Shown here: piece by piece, positions 13,884 through 27,270 of the stretch
How positions within the stretch are numbered: position 1 is the first letter of the stretch
Layout of the letters: each line of letters starts with the position of its first letter
Assembly: GCF_006345805.1 (NCBI RefSeq)
Contig: NC_042997.1
Location: 163,804,001 to 163,868,000 of the forward strand
DNA: 64,000 bases
Reading direction: 5' to 3'
DNA from: Octopus sinensis
Lineage: Eukaryota
Program-made: the position numbers and the translations under genes
Notes under the pieces: generated by a model
What the model was told of the DNA's origin: nothing
The model's database searches: none
What the model saw: the letters and a program-made list of their open reading frames with translations, nothing else

Positions 13884-14098
13884 AAGGTGGCGAGCTGGCA
13901 GAAACGTTAGCACACCAGGTGAAATGCGTAGCCGTATTTCGTCAGCCATTACGTTCTGAGTTCAAATCCCGCTGAGGTCGATTTTGCCTTTCATCATTTC
14001 GGGGTCGATAAATTAAGTACCAGTTATGCACTGGGGTCGATATACTTGACTTAATCCGTTTGTTCCTTCTGTGTTTAGCCCCTTGTGGGTAGTAAAGA
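13884..14098 (+). mobile_element. tRNA-derived SINE, family A, full length, with 13-bp TSD
   Basis: Head aaggtggcgagctggcagaaacgttagcac...gttctgagttcaaatccc; central gcctttcatcatttcggggtcgataaattaagtacc (resembles the Meta-type central domain, from memory); TSD aataggtatgtaa at 13871-13883 and 14099-14111. Confidence 0.88.
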
Positions 14099-14179
14099 AA
14101 TAGGTATGTAATGTGTATGGAGAATGACTTCTGAATAAGGAAATTACAAGCATTTCAAGTTAGTGAAACTTTCAGTAAA

Positions 14180-14730
14180 GGAAAACCAAAGAAAATATGA
14201 CAGTCTTGAGCTTTGAAGCTATTGCATCTTATGAAGTAGATGATATAGGACCATACTGTTTCATAGCGATACTTTTGCCCTGTAGCTTGTGAATGCATTA
14301 CACACATTTTTTTGTACAGCAGTAGCTTAGCTGTTGTTTACTAAACAGCTTGTGGAATTTATGGCCATTTGTTTTCTGGGTAGAAAGAGAAATCGTTTTG
14401 CAATATAGTTTTTTTCTACATTAATGTTTGTGGTCAGTTATGCTGTATAATATTTCTTTCCTTAATGTTTTGTGGTTTCTCGATGGTGTTGGTATGTATT
14501 CTTTTCATGCTCTAGCATTGTACAGCTCTGTCAAAGAGTTCATCGGGGAATAATACATGTATTCTATTTCTGATGCTTATTGATATATGTTTGTTAGCAT
14601 TCAGTGGTTGGTTGGACTGGATATAGCTGTACAATGGTTGCTGTATGGTTTCAAGAAGGATTCATATAATTCCAAGAAATCACACAGTATATTAAGAAAT
14701 ATTTGTATCCAGCTACCTCCTAGCAGAGCA
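14180..14730 (-). mobile_element. Penelope-like element remnant
   Basis: Minus translation YIQSNQPLNANKHISISIRNRIHVLFPDELFDRAV...RKRNII...HKFHKLFSK...LSYCC resembles the Penelope RT thumb/linker region. Confidence 0.7.
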
Positions 14731-16899
14731 CTATGTATGTACAGAATCAATTATATATTCATGGAATCATCATTATCATCATCATTTAATGTCCACCTTC
14801 CATGCTGGCATGGGTTGGACGACTTTGGCTGGCCAGGCAGAAGACTGCACCAGACTTCTGTTTCTGTTTTGGCAAGGTTTTATGGTTGGATGCCCTTCCT
14901 AATATCAATCACCCAGCAGAGTGACTGAGTGCTTTTTATGTGGCACAAGCACATGCGAGGTCAGTTTTGGCATGGTTTTTACAGCTGGATATCCTTCAAA
15001 ATGCCTTCCAAACTTCATATCCATTATTTGTAATATTACCACAAAAGAAGATTTTTTCAAAAGGTTTCATTAAAGGGCAGTCAGTTTGAGACAAAAAAAC
15101 AAAACAAAGCCCTTAACCCTTGCCATTTAGTGAAAGAACAACTAACTATCCTTTATAAGTTCAATAGCTGTATCATGCACATCCCTTCCTTTGTTGACAC
15201 TTGCACATGAGGTCTTTCAGACTAAGGCAGAAAATTACTATATTAGTAATAATTGTATTTCTACATGTTTTGCATGTATATTTGATACATCATAATACAC
15301 TTTCCATAAAGTAGTGACCATTATGTACACACATACAAATATATACGTGTGTGTGAAGACACATAGTCTAGTTGTTAGGGAGTTTGGCTCATGACTATAA
15401 TACCATGGGCTCAATTCCTGGACCAGGTAGTGCATGATGTTCTTGAGCAAGGCTCTTCATTTCACATTGCTCCTGTGTACATGGCTGAAAATGAGTACCA
15501 GCTGAGTGCTAGCATAGTTCTCTCAATGTGACACATAATGTGACAAGGAAGGACATTTAAATTACAGGCAAAATCCAACCAATGGGCTTCCAAACAATTT
15601 CTGTCAATTTCACTCACAAAACTTGGGTCAACCTGAGGCTTTAGTAAAAGAAACTTGCTCAAGATGCCAGTCAATGAGATCATGCTAAGAAATTTGTTAC
15701 TGCGAAGTCAACTTCTTAACCTGCGGATCATAAGTGGTATTTGAATTCAGAAGCTAAAGGGTCTAGCAGGATATATATAAGAGGTCTAATGAAATTTAAT
15801 CATGTCCAGAATTGTCACCATGGCCACCATTCCTTTCTTACATACCTCCACTTAACTGTTGCTTGACTGACATTTCAAGAGTTATCTACTCTTGTCTTTT
15901 TTAATATTAAAGTTCATTTTCAAATCATTCATTTTGTTTATAATTTCAGTCAACTCTTAACATCCTGTACAGCATGAATCCTCTTGACAGCACATTTATT
16001 TCTCTGTCCTTTATTGCCTGAAACTACTTGAATAAAAATATTCTAGCTTATATTTGTTTTAAAGGAAGATAAGAACTCTGTGATTTAAGGAAGGAAACTT
16101 TAATACTTTTCTCTCTCATATATTTACATTCTGTAATGTTTGCTATTAAAATTGATATTTTGCCAAATATTTTCAATTTATTTTCACACACACACGCACA
16201 CATGAACTTGCATTTATACTTGGGTATATATGTAAGTTCATAAAGGGAATAATTTAGTTTACAAATGCTCATAATATAAAGCTACAAAAAGATCTAGCAA
16301 AACTCCTTTCTTTTTGTTGGTGATATCTTTGTCGGTTTTTTGATGCTTTTGATTTATTACTAAAATCTCTTTTTATTGTCTTTCTGAGTATATCTGCTTT
16401 TAGTTATTGTTATGGAATAGATTAACAATCACAGATGCACAAAATTATTTTTAACACAAATGACATTTTACTTTACAAAAATGTTATTCCATCAATAATG
16501 CCAATTTTAACAATAATATGACCAAAAGTAAATACATTATAAGCAGTTGAATAAGCAATAGATATTTTTCTTCAATCATTACAGGAATGATCTTTTGACA
16601 AAGGAAATTTTCTACAAGATGTTAAGAGTTAACTAAAAATTTATTCAGCACACCAACTTGATTAAGGCGACTTGCACTTAACTACATAGTCTTCATACAG
16701 AAGGCAGCCATGGAAAATTTTCCAGTATAATATCTTTAATTTACTTAATCACTGAATATTTTTCATATAGAATACTATATATATGTGTATTAGTTATTTT
16801 AGGTCATGGCAGATTTATGTCAACTATCCTTCAATGAGGTGATTTAATAAGATGTTAATTTATACAGGGTTGCCAAAAATTGGACTCTTCCCCCATCAG

Positions 16900-17993
16900 A
16901 AGATTTAATTTTTGGTCATTTTAAATTTGAGAGTTCTCTCTCTCTTGCTCCTTTTCACAAAAATTTTTTTACCTCAAATAACAGTCACCATATTTTTACT
17001 CTGACTGTCATCTCTGAAGAGCACATGGTTACTTAACCATGTTGTTATCTAATATCTGTTAACAACTTGAAATCCAATCCTTTGATAGCTTCACTGGTGT
17101 GCACAGCTGTATGTGGGTATGCATTGTTGTACAACAATAACATTGCTTTGACTTTAGCATTTGGTGTCAATTGCTGGATTAGTTTGTTGGACAACATTTG
17201 ACAGTAGCCTATACTGGTGACTGTAAATCCCTTTTCCAGGTAATATTATGGTATAGGCCCTTTTGCATCCCCAAAATGGCAAGCATCACATTTTCTGCAG
17301 AAGTTTGAGTCTTGAATTTCTTTTTCACCATTGATTCAGGGTGTTTCCACTTCATACTCTATTTTTTTGGATTCTGGTTCACTTTTGACTATTCTCTTCA
17401 AAATAGCTTTGCTTTCATCATTGTAGAAGTCAAGTAAGCATAGACAGATCTCCTCACAATTGCGCTTATGCCCTTTGATAAGCTCTCTTGATACCTATCT
17501 TGCACAAACTTTATGGAAGCCAAGCTTGTCATAGATGAGTTTGTATAACAAATTTACAGAGAACATACCATCTTATCAATGGTCACTTATTGGTTTGCCA
17601 GGACCATCTCTCAAGCTTGTTGAATCTTCATGCCAGTGGTGGAGGTTGTTGAGCATCCTGCTCTCCCTTTGTGCTTCATGCATGTCTTGCCATACATACT
17701 TCTACATGGTAGAGTGTTGTCCCCATATTGTACTGAAAGCCTATGTTGAATTTCAGCCCCTGATACTCCTTCAGACCAGAAAAATCGGATCACTGATCTC
17801 TGTTCTTCCTTGGTGCAGACAGCCAGCAGAACAGCCATGTGTACTCTGTAATACAAGACAGAAAACTGGAGTGATCAAAGTAAATTCTTGGTTATGTAAC
17901 TACCAGAGGACCACCTTTTAGCACATGAATGCTGAAGGCAGTGTGACCAACCAAAAGAAAGTTTTAGCAGATAACTTTTGACTTCCCCTAGTA
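16900..17993 (-). mobile_element. Degenerate mariner transposon
   Basis: N-terminus CTKEEQRSVIRFFWSEGVSGAEIQHRLSVQYGDN, then LGFHKVCAR*VSREL and SMKWKHPES; TIR-like end tactaggggaagtcaaaa (17976-17993). The left boundary is uncertain. Confidence 0.8.
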
Positions 17994-18139
17994 TTTCTCC
18001 ATGGCAAGACATGCTTTTGTAGAGTACTGGAAATGAATGACACAGCTTGTAGGCAGTGACAATCATTTTACACTATCATGCAATGTCAAGGCAATGAGAT
18101 ACGAACATACACTCACTCACACACATATACACATACATA

Positions 18140-18930
18140 TATATCATCATCATCATCATCATCAACCTTTAATGTCCATTTTTCATGCTGGCATGGGTTG
18201 GATGGTATGACCAGAGCTGGAAAGCTGGAGAACCGTAACAGTCTGGATCCAGCCTGATTTTGCTTGGTTTCAATGGCTGGATGCCCTTCCTAATGCTAAC
18301 CACTTTACAGTGTGTACTGGGTGCTTTTAACATGCTTTTACATAACATTGGCATGAGTGTTTTTTATGTGGCACTGGCACAGGACTCTTGCAGGGCAGTC
18401 TCTCCACCAGGGGAAGCAATCTTAACACTTCTGCCTTGGGACACAGGTCTTCCTCAGTACAGCAACATGCCAGATATCTCATCCTTTGTCATCTTGTTTG
18501 AAAGGTTCAGTATCCTGAGGTCGTCCTTCAGTACTTTGTCCCATGTCTTCCTGGGTCTTCCTCTTCCATGAGTTCCTTCCACTTTGAGAGATTGTCACTT
18601 CTTTATGAACTGTCAGCATCCATCTGCATCACATGACCAAACCAGCCTAACTTCTCTCTCAATACACTAGTACTTTGTTGCACATGTATGCTTACATTAC
18701 ACATGCAGCAGAGTATATTAGTCTCATTCCTCCCAAGCCTTTGCATGTCCTCTGCATTCAGGGCCCATGTTTCACTACCATGTAGAATTGATGTCCGTAT
18801 ACATGCATCATACAGTCTTCCTTTCACTCAGAGAGAGAAACATTTCGTAATCAACAGAGGTAACAGTTCTCTGAATTTCCTCCATCCTATTCTTATTCTA
18901 GCTAATACACTCTCAGTACATTGACCAAGA
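18140..18930 (-). mobile_element. RTE family 1, 3' fragment with (GAT)n tail
   Basis: ORF track MKGRLYDACIRTSILHGSETWALNAEDMQRLGRNET; (cat)n at the left end. Confidence 0.82.
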
Positions 18931-19126
18931 TGCAGTGAAATCAAATCAATGACCAGGTTGCAATTCATGGTATGAAAAGTTTGACACCTAACAATAAATG
19001 TTCAAATGAAATTAACAGTATTTAAGTGTTCTTGAACAGCTAGAATGTATCTTCCACACAGCAATCATTTTAGGTTTAACACACAGTCACAGATCAAGTA
19101 AATTGGCAGGCAAGTACAACTTCAAT

Positions 19127-20215
19127 ATATCATCATCATTTAATATCTGTTTTCCATGCTGGCATGGGTTGGACAGTTTGACTGAGGTCTGGAAAGCCAG
19201 CGGCTACACCAGACTCCAATCTGATCGGGCAATGTTTCTACAGCTGGATGTCCTTCCTAACGCCAACCACTCTGAGAGTGTAGTAGGTGCTTTTTATGTG
19301 TCACTGGCACAGGAGTCAGTCAAGCAGCCCTGGCATCCATGATGTTTGGATAGTGCTTTTTATGTACCACTGGCATGGTAGCCAGTCAGGCGAACCTGGC
19401 ATCGATGATGTTTGGATGGTGCTTTTTATGTGCCACCGGCAAGGGAGCCAGTCAGGGGGCACTGGCATCAACCACGTTTGAATGGTGCACTTTATGTACT
19501 ACCGGGACAGGAGCCCATCAGGGGGCACTGGTCACAGCTACGATTTTGGTTTTACTTGACTCTACAGGTCTTCTCAAGCATATCATATCGCCCGACACTT
19601 CAAGAGTACTTTTAAATGGGCTGATCATGCAACATTGGCATTGGCCATGGCTGTGATCTCACTTTAATTGCCGGGTCTTCTCAATCACTGCATATCTCCA
19701 AAGGTCTTGGTCTCCTGTCATTGCCTCTGTGAGGCCCAAAGTTTGAAGGTCATGCTTTACCACCTCATCCAATGTCTTCCTGGGTCCACCTCTTCCACAG
19801 GTTCCTTCTATAGTTAGGGTGTGGCACTTCCTCACACAGCTGTCTTCAGCCTTACATAACACATGACTATAGCAGCAGAGTCGTCTCTTTTGCACACCAC
19901 ATTTGATGTTTCTTATGTCCAACTTTTCCCTCAGGGTGCTCACACTCAGTCATGTATGCACACTGACATTACACATCCAGCGGATCATACTAGCTGCATT
20001 GCTTTCAAGCAGTAATGGCCCATGTTTCACTGCCATGTAGCATGGCAGTTCATATACATGCATCATGCAGTCTACCTTTCATCCTGTGCGAGAGGCCCTT
20101 AGTTGACAGCAGAGGTAGGAGCTTCCTGAACTTTGCCCAGGCTATTCTTATTCTAGCCACTACACTCTCAAAGTATCCACCTCAACAACAGACTTGGTCG
20201 CTTTGGTAGTGGAAA
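19127..20215 (-). mobile_element. RTE family 1, 3' fragment including the 3'UTR minisatellite
   Basis: MSTLREKLDIRNIKCGVQKRRL...GTCGRGGPRKTLDEVVKHDL; 3'UTR homologous to 41160-41875. Confidence 0.85.
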
Positions 20216-20238
20216 CTATTAACTACTTCTAGTTTTTC

Positions 20239-20303
<65 letters not shown>

Positions 20304-20497
20304 TAGTGATAGAAACAGTATTAGCAACAAAAGGCAATCATTGTCTCCAACTTAATGTGGAAGTTGTGTGAGAACACAGAATACTGCATTATTTACCTTG
20401 AGAGGACCTCACATATGGACTCATGGTGCATAAAATGTGTGTGTGTGTGTGTGTGTGCTTGTGTATATATATATATATGTACACATACATACACATG

Positions 20498-20533
<36 letters not shown>

Positions 20534-20686
20534 CACATACATGTCGGAAGGGCATCCAGCCTTAGAAACTATGCCAAAACAGACGTAGAGCCAGAATAGC
20601 TCCCATCAAACTATCAAACCCATGCCAGCATGGAAATGAATGTTAGACAACGATGCTGCTGCTGCTGATGATGATAAATATATATA

Positions 20687-23150
20687 TTTTGTTGTTATTA
20701 TTATTATCATTATTGTTTTTACATATTTTTGTATTTTTATTTGTGTTATTATTATTGTTTTTATGTATTTTTGTATTTTTATTCGTGTAACATCGTCCGG
20801 TTTTCCGTCCTTGTTTTGTATACATTCGAGGCTTTCTTCCAAGGAATCTAATGCGCTTGGCTTAGATTTTCCTTTGGGGCTGGCCAGATCAGAGCAATCT
20901 CAAGATTAATCAGCCAAAATTGCGAAGATGATCCAGTTCTTGACTGAAGATTGAAGGCTTCGAATGTCCCGTCCGTGTTTTTTGTATCGTCTTCTAAATG
21001 TTTCACGTTCTTGTCCCAGTTTGTATTTTTTTACATTTACATATATATATAAGCGGCGACGTACCTTTTTTGGTCTTATACATAAGTATATATTCTTTAA
21101 CAAATGGTACGACTCTACAACACTGTCTCTCTCCCCCTCTCCTACATTTCTATGCCTTTCACACATTGCACTCCACTTTGATCTGTCTCTTTCTCTCTCT
21201 CTCTCTCTTCTCCTCCTCCTTTGTCCCTTGTTCCCCTTCTTTCTCTCTTCATCTGTCCCTCTTTTCTTCTCTCTTTCCCTCACATGTGACTAGCCAACTG
21301 ATTGCTAGCCTCTTCGTGGTCAGCAGCCGTTGCGGCAAGACACATTTTTTTTCTCTCTGTAGCCCTAAGGCTTTTTTCTAACGCCAGCTCAAAAATTTAC
21401 TCGTCCTGTCGAAAAGACGCTTGTCTGTGACATCCTGTTTTTGTTGTTATTCATCATCATCATCATCATCATTTAGCGTCCGTTTTCCATGCTAGCATGG
21501 GTTGGACGGTTCAACTGGGGTCTGTGAAGCCAGAAGGCAGCATCAGGCCCAGTCTGATCTGGCAGTGTTTCTACGGCTGGATGCCCTTCCTAACGCCAAC
21601 CACTCCACGAGTGTAGTGGGTGCTTTTTACGTGCCACCCGCACAGGTGCCGGACGGTGCTGGCAAACGGCCACGAACAGATGGTGCTTTTACATGCCACC
21701 GGCACGGGGCCAGGTGAGGCTGGCAACAGACACGAACGGATGGTGCTTTTACGTGCCACCAGCACGGAGGCCAGTCGGGGCGGTGCTGGCAATGGCCACG
21801 AACGGATGGTGCTTTTTACGTGCCACCAGCATGGGGGCCAGGCAAGGCTGGCAACGGCCACGAACGGATGGTGCTTTTATGTGCCACCGGCACGGAGGCC
21901 AGTCGGGGCGGCGCTGGCAACGGCCACAATCGGATGGTTCGCTTACTTGTCACCGGCACTGGTATCACAGCCGCAATTTCCATTGATGTTGATCGACTTC
22001 GATTTTGGTTCTGCTTTCTGATATCTGATTTGATTTTGATTTTGATTTTTTGATTGTTTGATTGTTTGATTTATTATTATCATTATTGTTTTTACATATT
22101 TTTGTATTCTTATTTGTGTTATTATTATTGTTTTTACGCATTTTTGTATTTTTATTCGTGTAACATCGTCCGGTTTTCCGTCCTTGTTTTGTATACATTC
22201 GAGGCTTTCTTCCAAGGAATCTAATGCGCTTGGCTTAGATTTTCCTTTGGGGCTGGCCAGATCGGAGCTATCTCAAGATTAATCAACCGAAATTGCGAAG
22301 ATGATCCAGTTCTTGACTGAAGATTGAAGGCTTCGAATGTCCCGTCCGTGTTTTTTGTATTGTCTTCTAAATGTTTCATGTTCTTGTCCCAGTTTGTATT
22401 TTTTTATATTTACATATATATATAAGCGGTGACGTACCTTTTTTGGTCTTATACGTAAGTATATATTCTTTAACACCTGGTATGACTCTACAACACTGTC
22501 TCTCTCTTCCTCTCCTACATTTCTCTGCCTTTCACACTTTGCACTCCACTTTGATCTGTCTCTTTCTCTCTCTCTCTCTTCTCCTCCTCCTTTGTCCCTT
22601 GTTCCCCTTCTTTCTCTCTTCATCTCTCTTTCCCTCACACGTGACTAGCCAGCCGATTGCTAGCCTCTTCGTGGTCAGCAGCCGTTGCGGCAAGACACAT
22701 TTTTTTTCTCTCTGTAGCCCTAAGGCTTTTTTCTAACGCCAGCTCAAAAATTTACTCGTCCTGTCGAAAAGATGCTTGTCTGTGACATCCTGCTTTTGTT
22801 GTTATTATTATTATCATTATTGTTTTTACGTATTTTTGTATTCTTATTCGTGTTATCATTATTGTTTTTACGTATTTTTGTATTTTTATTCATGTAACAT
22901 CGTCCAGTTTTCCATCCTTGTTTTGTATACATTCGAGGCTTTCTTCCAAGGAATTGAATGCGCTTGGCTTAGATTTTCCTTTGGGGCTGACCAGATCGGA
23001 TCAATCTCAAGATTAATCAGCCGAAATTGCGAAGATGATCCGATTCTTGACTGAATATTGAAGGCTTCGAATGTCCCGTCCGTGTTTTTTGTATCGTCTT
23101 CTAAATGTTTCACGTTCTTGTCCCAGTTTGTATTATTTTACATTTACATT
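20687..23150. repeat. Unclassified ~0.75-kb unit in about 2.4 head-to-tail copies (20687-21451, ~22071-22793, 22794-23150)
   Basis: High-identity direct repeats, e.g. cattcgaggctttcttccaaggaa in all three copies; copies 1 and 2 are separated by an RTE 3' insertion. Confidence 0.9.
21452..22070 (-). mobile_element. Young RTE family 1 3'UTR fragment inserted at the junction of array copies 1 and 2
   Basis: Near-identical reverse complement of ~41255-41875; (cat)n tail at 21452. Confidence 0.9.
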
Positions 23151-23588
23151 TATATATATATATATAGATATATATACACACATATATATACATACATGTA
23201 TATGCACATATTTATATGCACATATATAATTGGCACTCCATTAGTTATGATAACAAGGGTTCCACTAGATCTGATCAACAGAACAGCCTGCTTGTGAGAT
23301 TAATGTGCAAGTGGCTGAGCACTTTACAGACACAACATATCCTTAATGTAGTTCTGAGGGAGATTCAGTGTGATACAGAATGTGACAAGGCTGGCGCTTT
23401 GAAATACAGATACAACTCCTTTTTGCCAGCTGAGTGGACTGGAGGAATGTGAAATAAAGTGCCTTGCTCAAGGAAACATCACGGCACCAGGAATTGAACT
23501 TCTGACCTTATGATCATGAGTCAAACACCCTGATCCCTAAGCCATGCACCCTCACAATATACATATATATATGCATACATAATATATA

Positions 23589-23965
23589 CATGGTTCTGGG
23601 TCCATCTCACTGTGTGGCACCTTGGGCAAGTGTCCTCTACTATAGCCTTTGGCCAACCAAAGCCTTGTGAGTGGATTTAGTAGACGGAAACTGAAAGAAG
23701 CCTGTTGTATATATGTATATGTATATATATGTGTATGTGTGTGTGTGTGTCTGTGTTTGTCCCCTCAATATTGCTTAACAACTGATGCTGGTTTTTTTAC
23801 GTCCCTGTAACTAAGTGGTTCGGCAAAAAAAAACAAAAAAAAACGATAGAATAAGTACTAGGCTTACAAAGAATGAGTCCTGGGGTCGATTTGTTTAACT
23901 AAAGGTGGTGCTCCAGCATCGCCACAGTCAAATGACTGAAACAAGTAAAAGAATAAAAGAATAAA
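23589..23965 (+). mobile_element. tRNA-derived SINE, family C (5' truncated)
   Basis: caccttgggcaagtgtcctctactatagcc...ggtgctccagcatcgccacagtcaaatgactgaaacaagtaaaagaataaaaga. Confidence 0.8.
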
Positions 23966-23969
23966 AGAG

Positions 23970-23995
<26 letters not shown>

Positions 23996-24006
<11 letters not shown>

Positions 24007-24165
24007 ATATTTGTATATATATGTCTATGTCTGTCTGTATGTATGTATGATATGTATGTATGTATGTATATATATGTAATATATGTATATATATATCTGT
24101 ATGCATATATATATATATATATATATATATGCATACAGATATATATATACATATATTACATATAT

Positions 24166-24205
<40 letters not shown>

Positions 24206-24256
24206 TACATACATACAGACAGACATAGACATATATATATAATATATACATACATA
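23996..24256. repeat. Palindrome of compound microsatellite sequence centred on (TA)n
   Basis: Left atgtctatgtctgtctgtatgtatgtatgata...gtaatatatgtatatatatatctgtatgc is the reverse complement of right gcatacagatatatatatacatatattac...tatcatacatacatacagacagacatagacat. Confidence 0.85.
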
Positions 24257-24279
24257 AATATATATATAGAGAGAACAAC

Positions 24280-24322
<43 letters not shown>

Positions 24323-24688
24323 TAGATAGATAGAAATAGATCCATTTAGCACTATTTCTGTTCAATGTAAAATAACTCTAAGAAATTGAAGTTTATACAA
24401 AATCATTGAAATTTCCATAGAAATCTGATATTTTCATCGTAGACTGGAGTGTAAAATTTTATTCCAGGCAAGTTTGGTGGGAAAGTGGTTAAAAAAAAAA
24501 AAACCTTTGGCTATATACCAGCAGGTAACAAAGCAGTATTTTTATGAAAAGACGTCACACATGAATGAACACAAACTGATAAATTGGGCAGATCAATATT
24601 TCCAATATAACTCTAGATAAGAAAACAAAAACAAAAAAGCAACTGAAAACAACAACATATATGTGAACAAAATATAATCTACTGGTAA

Positions 24689-25050
<362 letters not shown>

Positions 25051-25067
25051 ATATGTTTATATTTTAC

Positions 25068-25164
25068 CTCAAAGTCTTGTACGTTAGGGTCAGCCATATG
25101 TTCCATCAACATGGACATGCAATTTACAAAACCACCATATGCAGCACATTGTAATGCGGTTCTC
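25068..25164 (-). CDS. INVS: Internal coding exon of inversin-like ankyrin-repeat protein: (G)[32 protein letters not shown]
   Basis: 97-bp exon between a polypyrimidine/CAG acceptor (ttttgctctttgtcag) and a GT donor (gag|gtaaaa); 1 nt plus 32 codons. The peptide closely matches my recollection of vertebrate inversin [33 protein letters not shown]. Confidence 0.92.
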
Positions 25165-25494
25165 CTGACAAAGAGCAAAAATAATAACATTCATACATAT
25201 TGAATCAAGCAATGTTGAATGTAAACAGCAGAAATAAAATTCTAAGAAATTTACTGCAGTATTTTTCTTTTTTTCTTTGCTATAGTATGAAAAACTTGAC
25301 AATGGTTAGCAAAATGCATTGAACTTACCACAGATTATAACATTTTTATTGTTTGTTGAACATTTTCTTATACAATCAAGGGTTATTAGCATTTACATCC
25401 ACAGAACTTGTAAAGTAATTCTTTGAACAAGTGTAAAAGCATATAAATACATGCATAGATACTTATAAATATACATATATACATATTTATGTGT

Positions 25495-25573
<79 letters not shown>

Positions 25574-25807
25574 GCACCATCATTACCATTTAACATCTGT
25601 TTTTCATAGGTTGAATAGTGAACAATGAGGCAGAGAATTGCGTTGTGCTCCAATGCATATATATATTAATATATATGTGCATATATATAAGCTAATTTGT
25701 ATACATATATATACACACACATACATTTACATACAAATGTATATCAATAAAAGATATGTATAAATACATATGCATGTATACATGTGTGAGTGTGTGTGTG
25801 TGTGTTC

Positions 25808-25844
<37 letters not shown>

Positions 25845-25925
25845 TATGGATATACATTTTCTTGCATATGCACACACATCAATAAATAATTAAAGATTTA
25901 CAAGTAAATATGTATGTGTATATAT

Positions 25926-25967
<42 letters not shown>

Positions 25968-26479
25968 TATATATATATATATATGCATATATATATATAT
26001 GAATAAAAATGTATACAAATATACATATGTTTGTATGTGCATGTGTGATATATATAAACATATATATATATATATATATATATATCAGAATAATCATTAT
26101 CTATCATTATCCTTTTAATGTCTAGTTTTCTTGGCTTGCATGGGTTAGATGGAATTTGTTACGGCAGATTTTTGTGGCCAGATCCCCGTCTTGTGTCCTA
26201 CTCTAACCTATCACCAAGCAAGGTAATATCGCTTCATGACATGTTCTGGGAGTATTGGGAATGAATGATGCTGCTTGTATACTCATTTACAATTACCACA
26301 TGATGTCAAAACCAAGAAACACAAACATACACATATATGATGGGCTTCAAAAAACATTGGAAAACCTGAGGTTATGTTAGAAAATACTTACCCAAAGTGC
26401 TTTACAGAGGGACTGAACCTGGAACCTGGTTTCAAAACAAATTTCCTACCATATACCCCATGTCACACATGTACAAATA

Positions 26480-26538
<59 letters not shown>

Positions 26539-26893
26539 AATATTATTCTTTTTACTTGTTTCAGTCATTTGACTGTGGCCATGCTGGAGCACCACCTTTA
26601 GTCGAGCAAATTGACCCCAGGACTTATTAGTTGTAAGCCTAGTACATATTTTATTGGTATCTTTTGCTGAACTGCTAAGTTATGAGGACATAAACAAACA
26701 CGTGTGTGTGTGTAGCTTGGTGTCTGTGTTGTCCCCCATCTCCACTCGATAACCGGTGTGTTTATGCTCCTGTAACTTAGCAGTTCAACAAAACAGACCA
26801 ATAGAATAAGTACTGAGATTAATTCATTTGACTAAATTTCTTCAAGGTGGTGCCCCAGCATGGCCACCATCTAATGACTGAACCAAGTGGGAA

Positions 26894-26931
<38 letters not shown>

Positions 26932-26937
<6 letters not shown>

Positions 26938-27270
26938 GTGTATATTTAGGGATAAACCACTAGGTGGATAACCATATGCTAGAAGAAGATCACATACGAT
27001 CTAACTACAAAGAAAAAATGTTCTCCAGAGAAAATTCAGCGAACACCAGAATATTATCGCTGAATTTTCTCAGGAGAACTTTTTTTCTTTGTAGTTAGAT
27101 CGTATGTAATCTTCTTCTAGCGTATGGTTATCCACCTAATGGTTTATCCCTAAATATACACATGTATTGAAATCTTTTCTGATTTTTCAAATTTTTTATA
27201 CGCTAGGCTACTGGTTTTAAATTGATATTAATTAAATTAATATTCAATTTATCTCCCTCATTATTTATAT
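26932..27270 (-). mobile_element. (TA)n-anchored fold-back element E1: 111-bp inverted arms, 14-nt loop, ~100-bp side module
   Basis: Arms 26932-27042 and 27057-27167 (5 mismatches by my count); module 27168-27265 homologous to 63336-63420. Confidence 0.8.

Noticed and set aside
20944-20970. CTGAAGA...GAAT in the 0.75-kb unit as a hammerhead
   Set aside because: No valid stem II or stem I, A15.1 is missing, and the third copy reads CTGAATA.
21286-21345. gcc-tcttcgt-ggt as the P3/L3 of an HDV-like ribozyme
   Set aside because: I could not build P1, P1.1 and P2 with a proper J4/2.
21620-21935. Regularly spaced GC-rich repeats as a CRISPR array
   Set aside because: The intervening sequences are themselves repeated, the context is eukaryotic, there are no cas genes, and the array is part of an RTE 3'UTR.
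26385-26400. Strong minus-strand phase-2-compatible donor tgg|gtaagt as the end of the upstream inversin exon
   Set aside because: It lies inside a degenerate family-C SINE, and the upstream frame has no ankyrin similarity.
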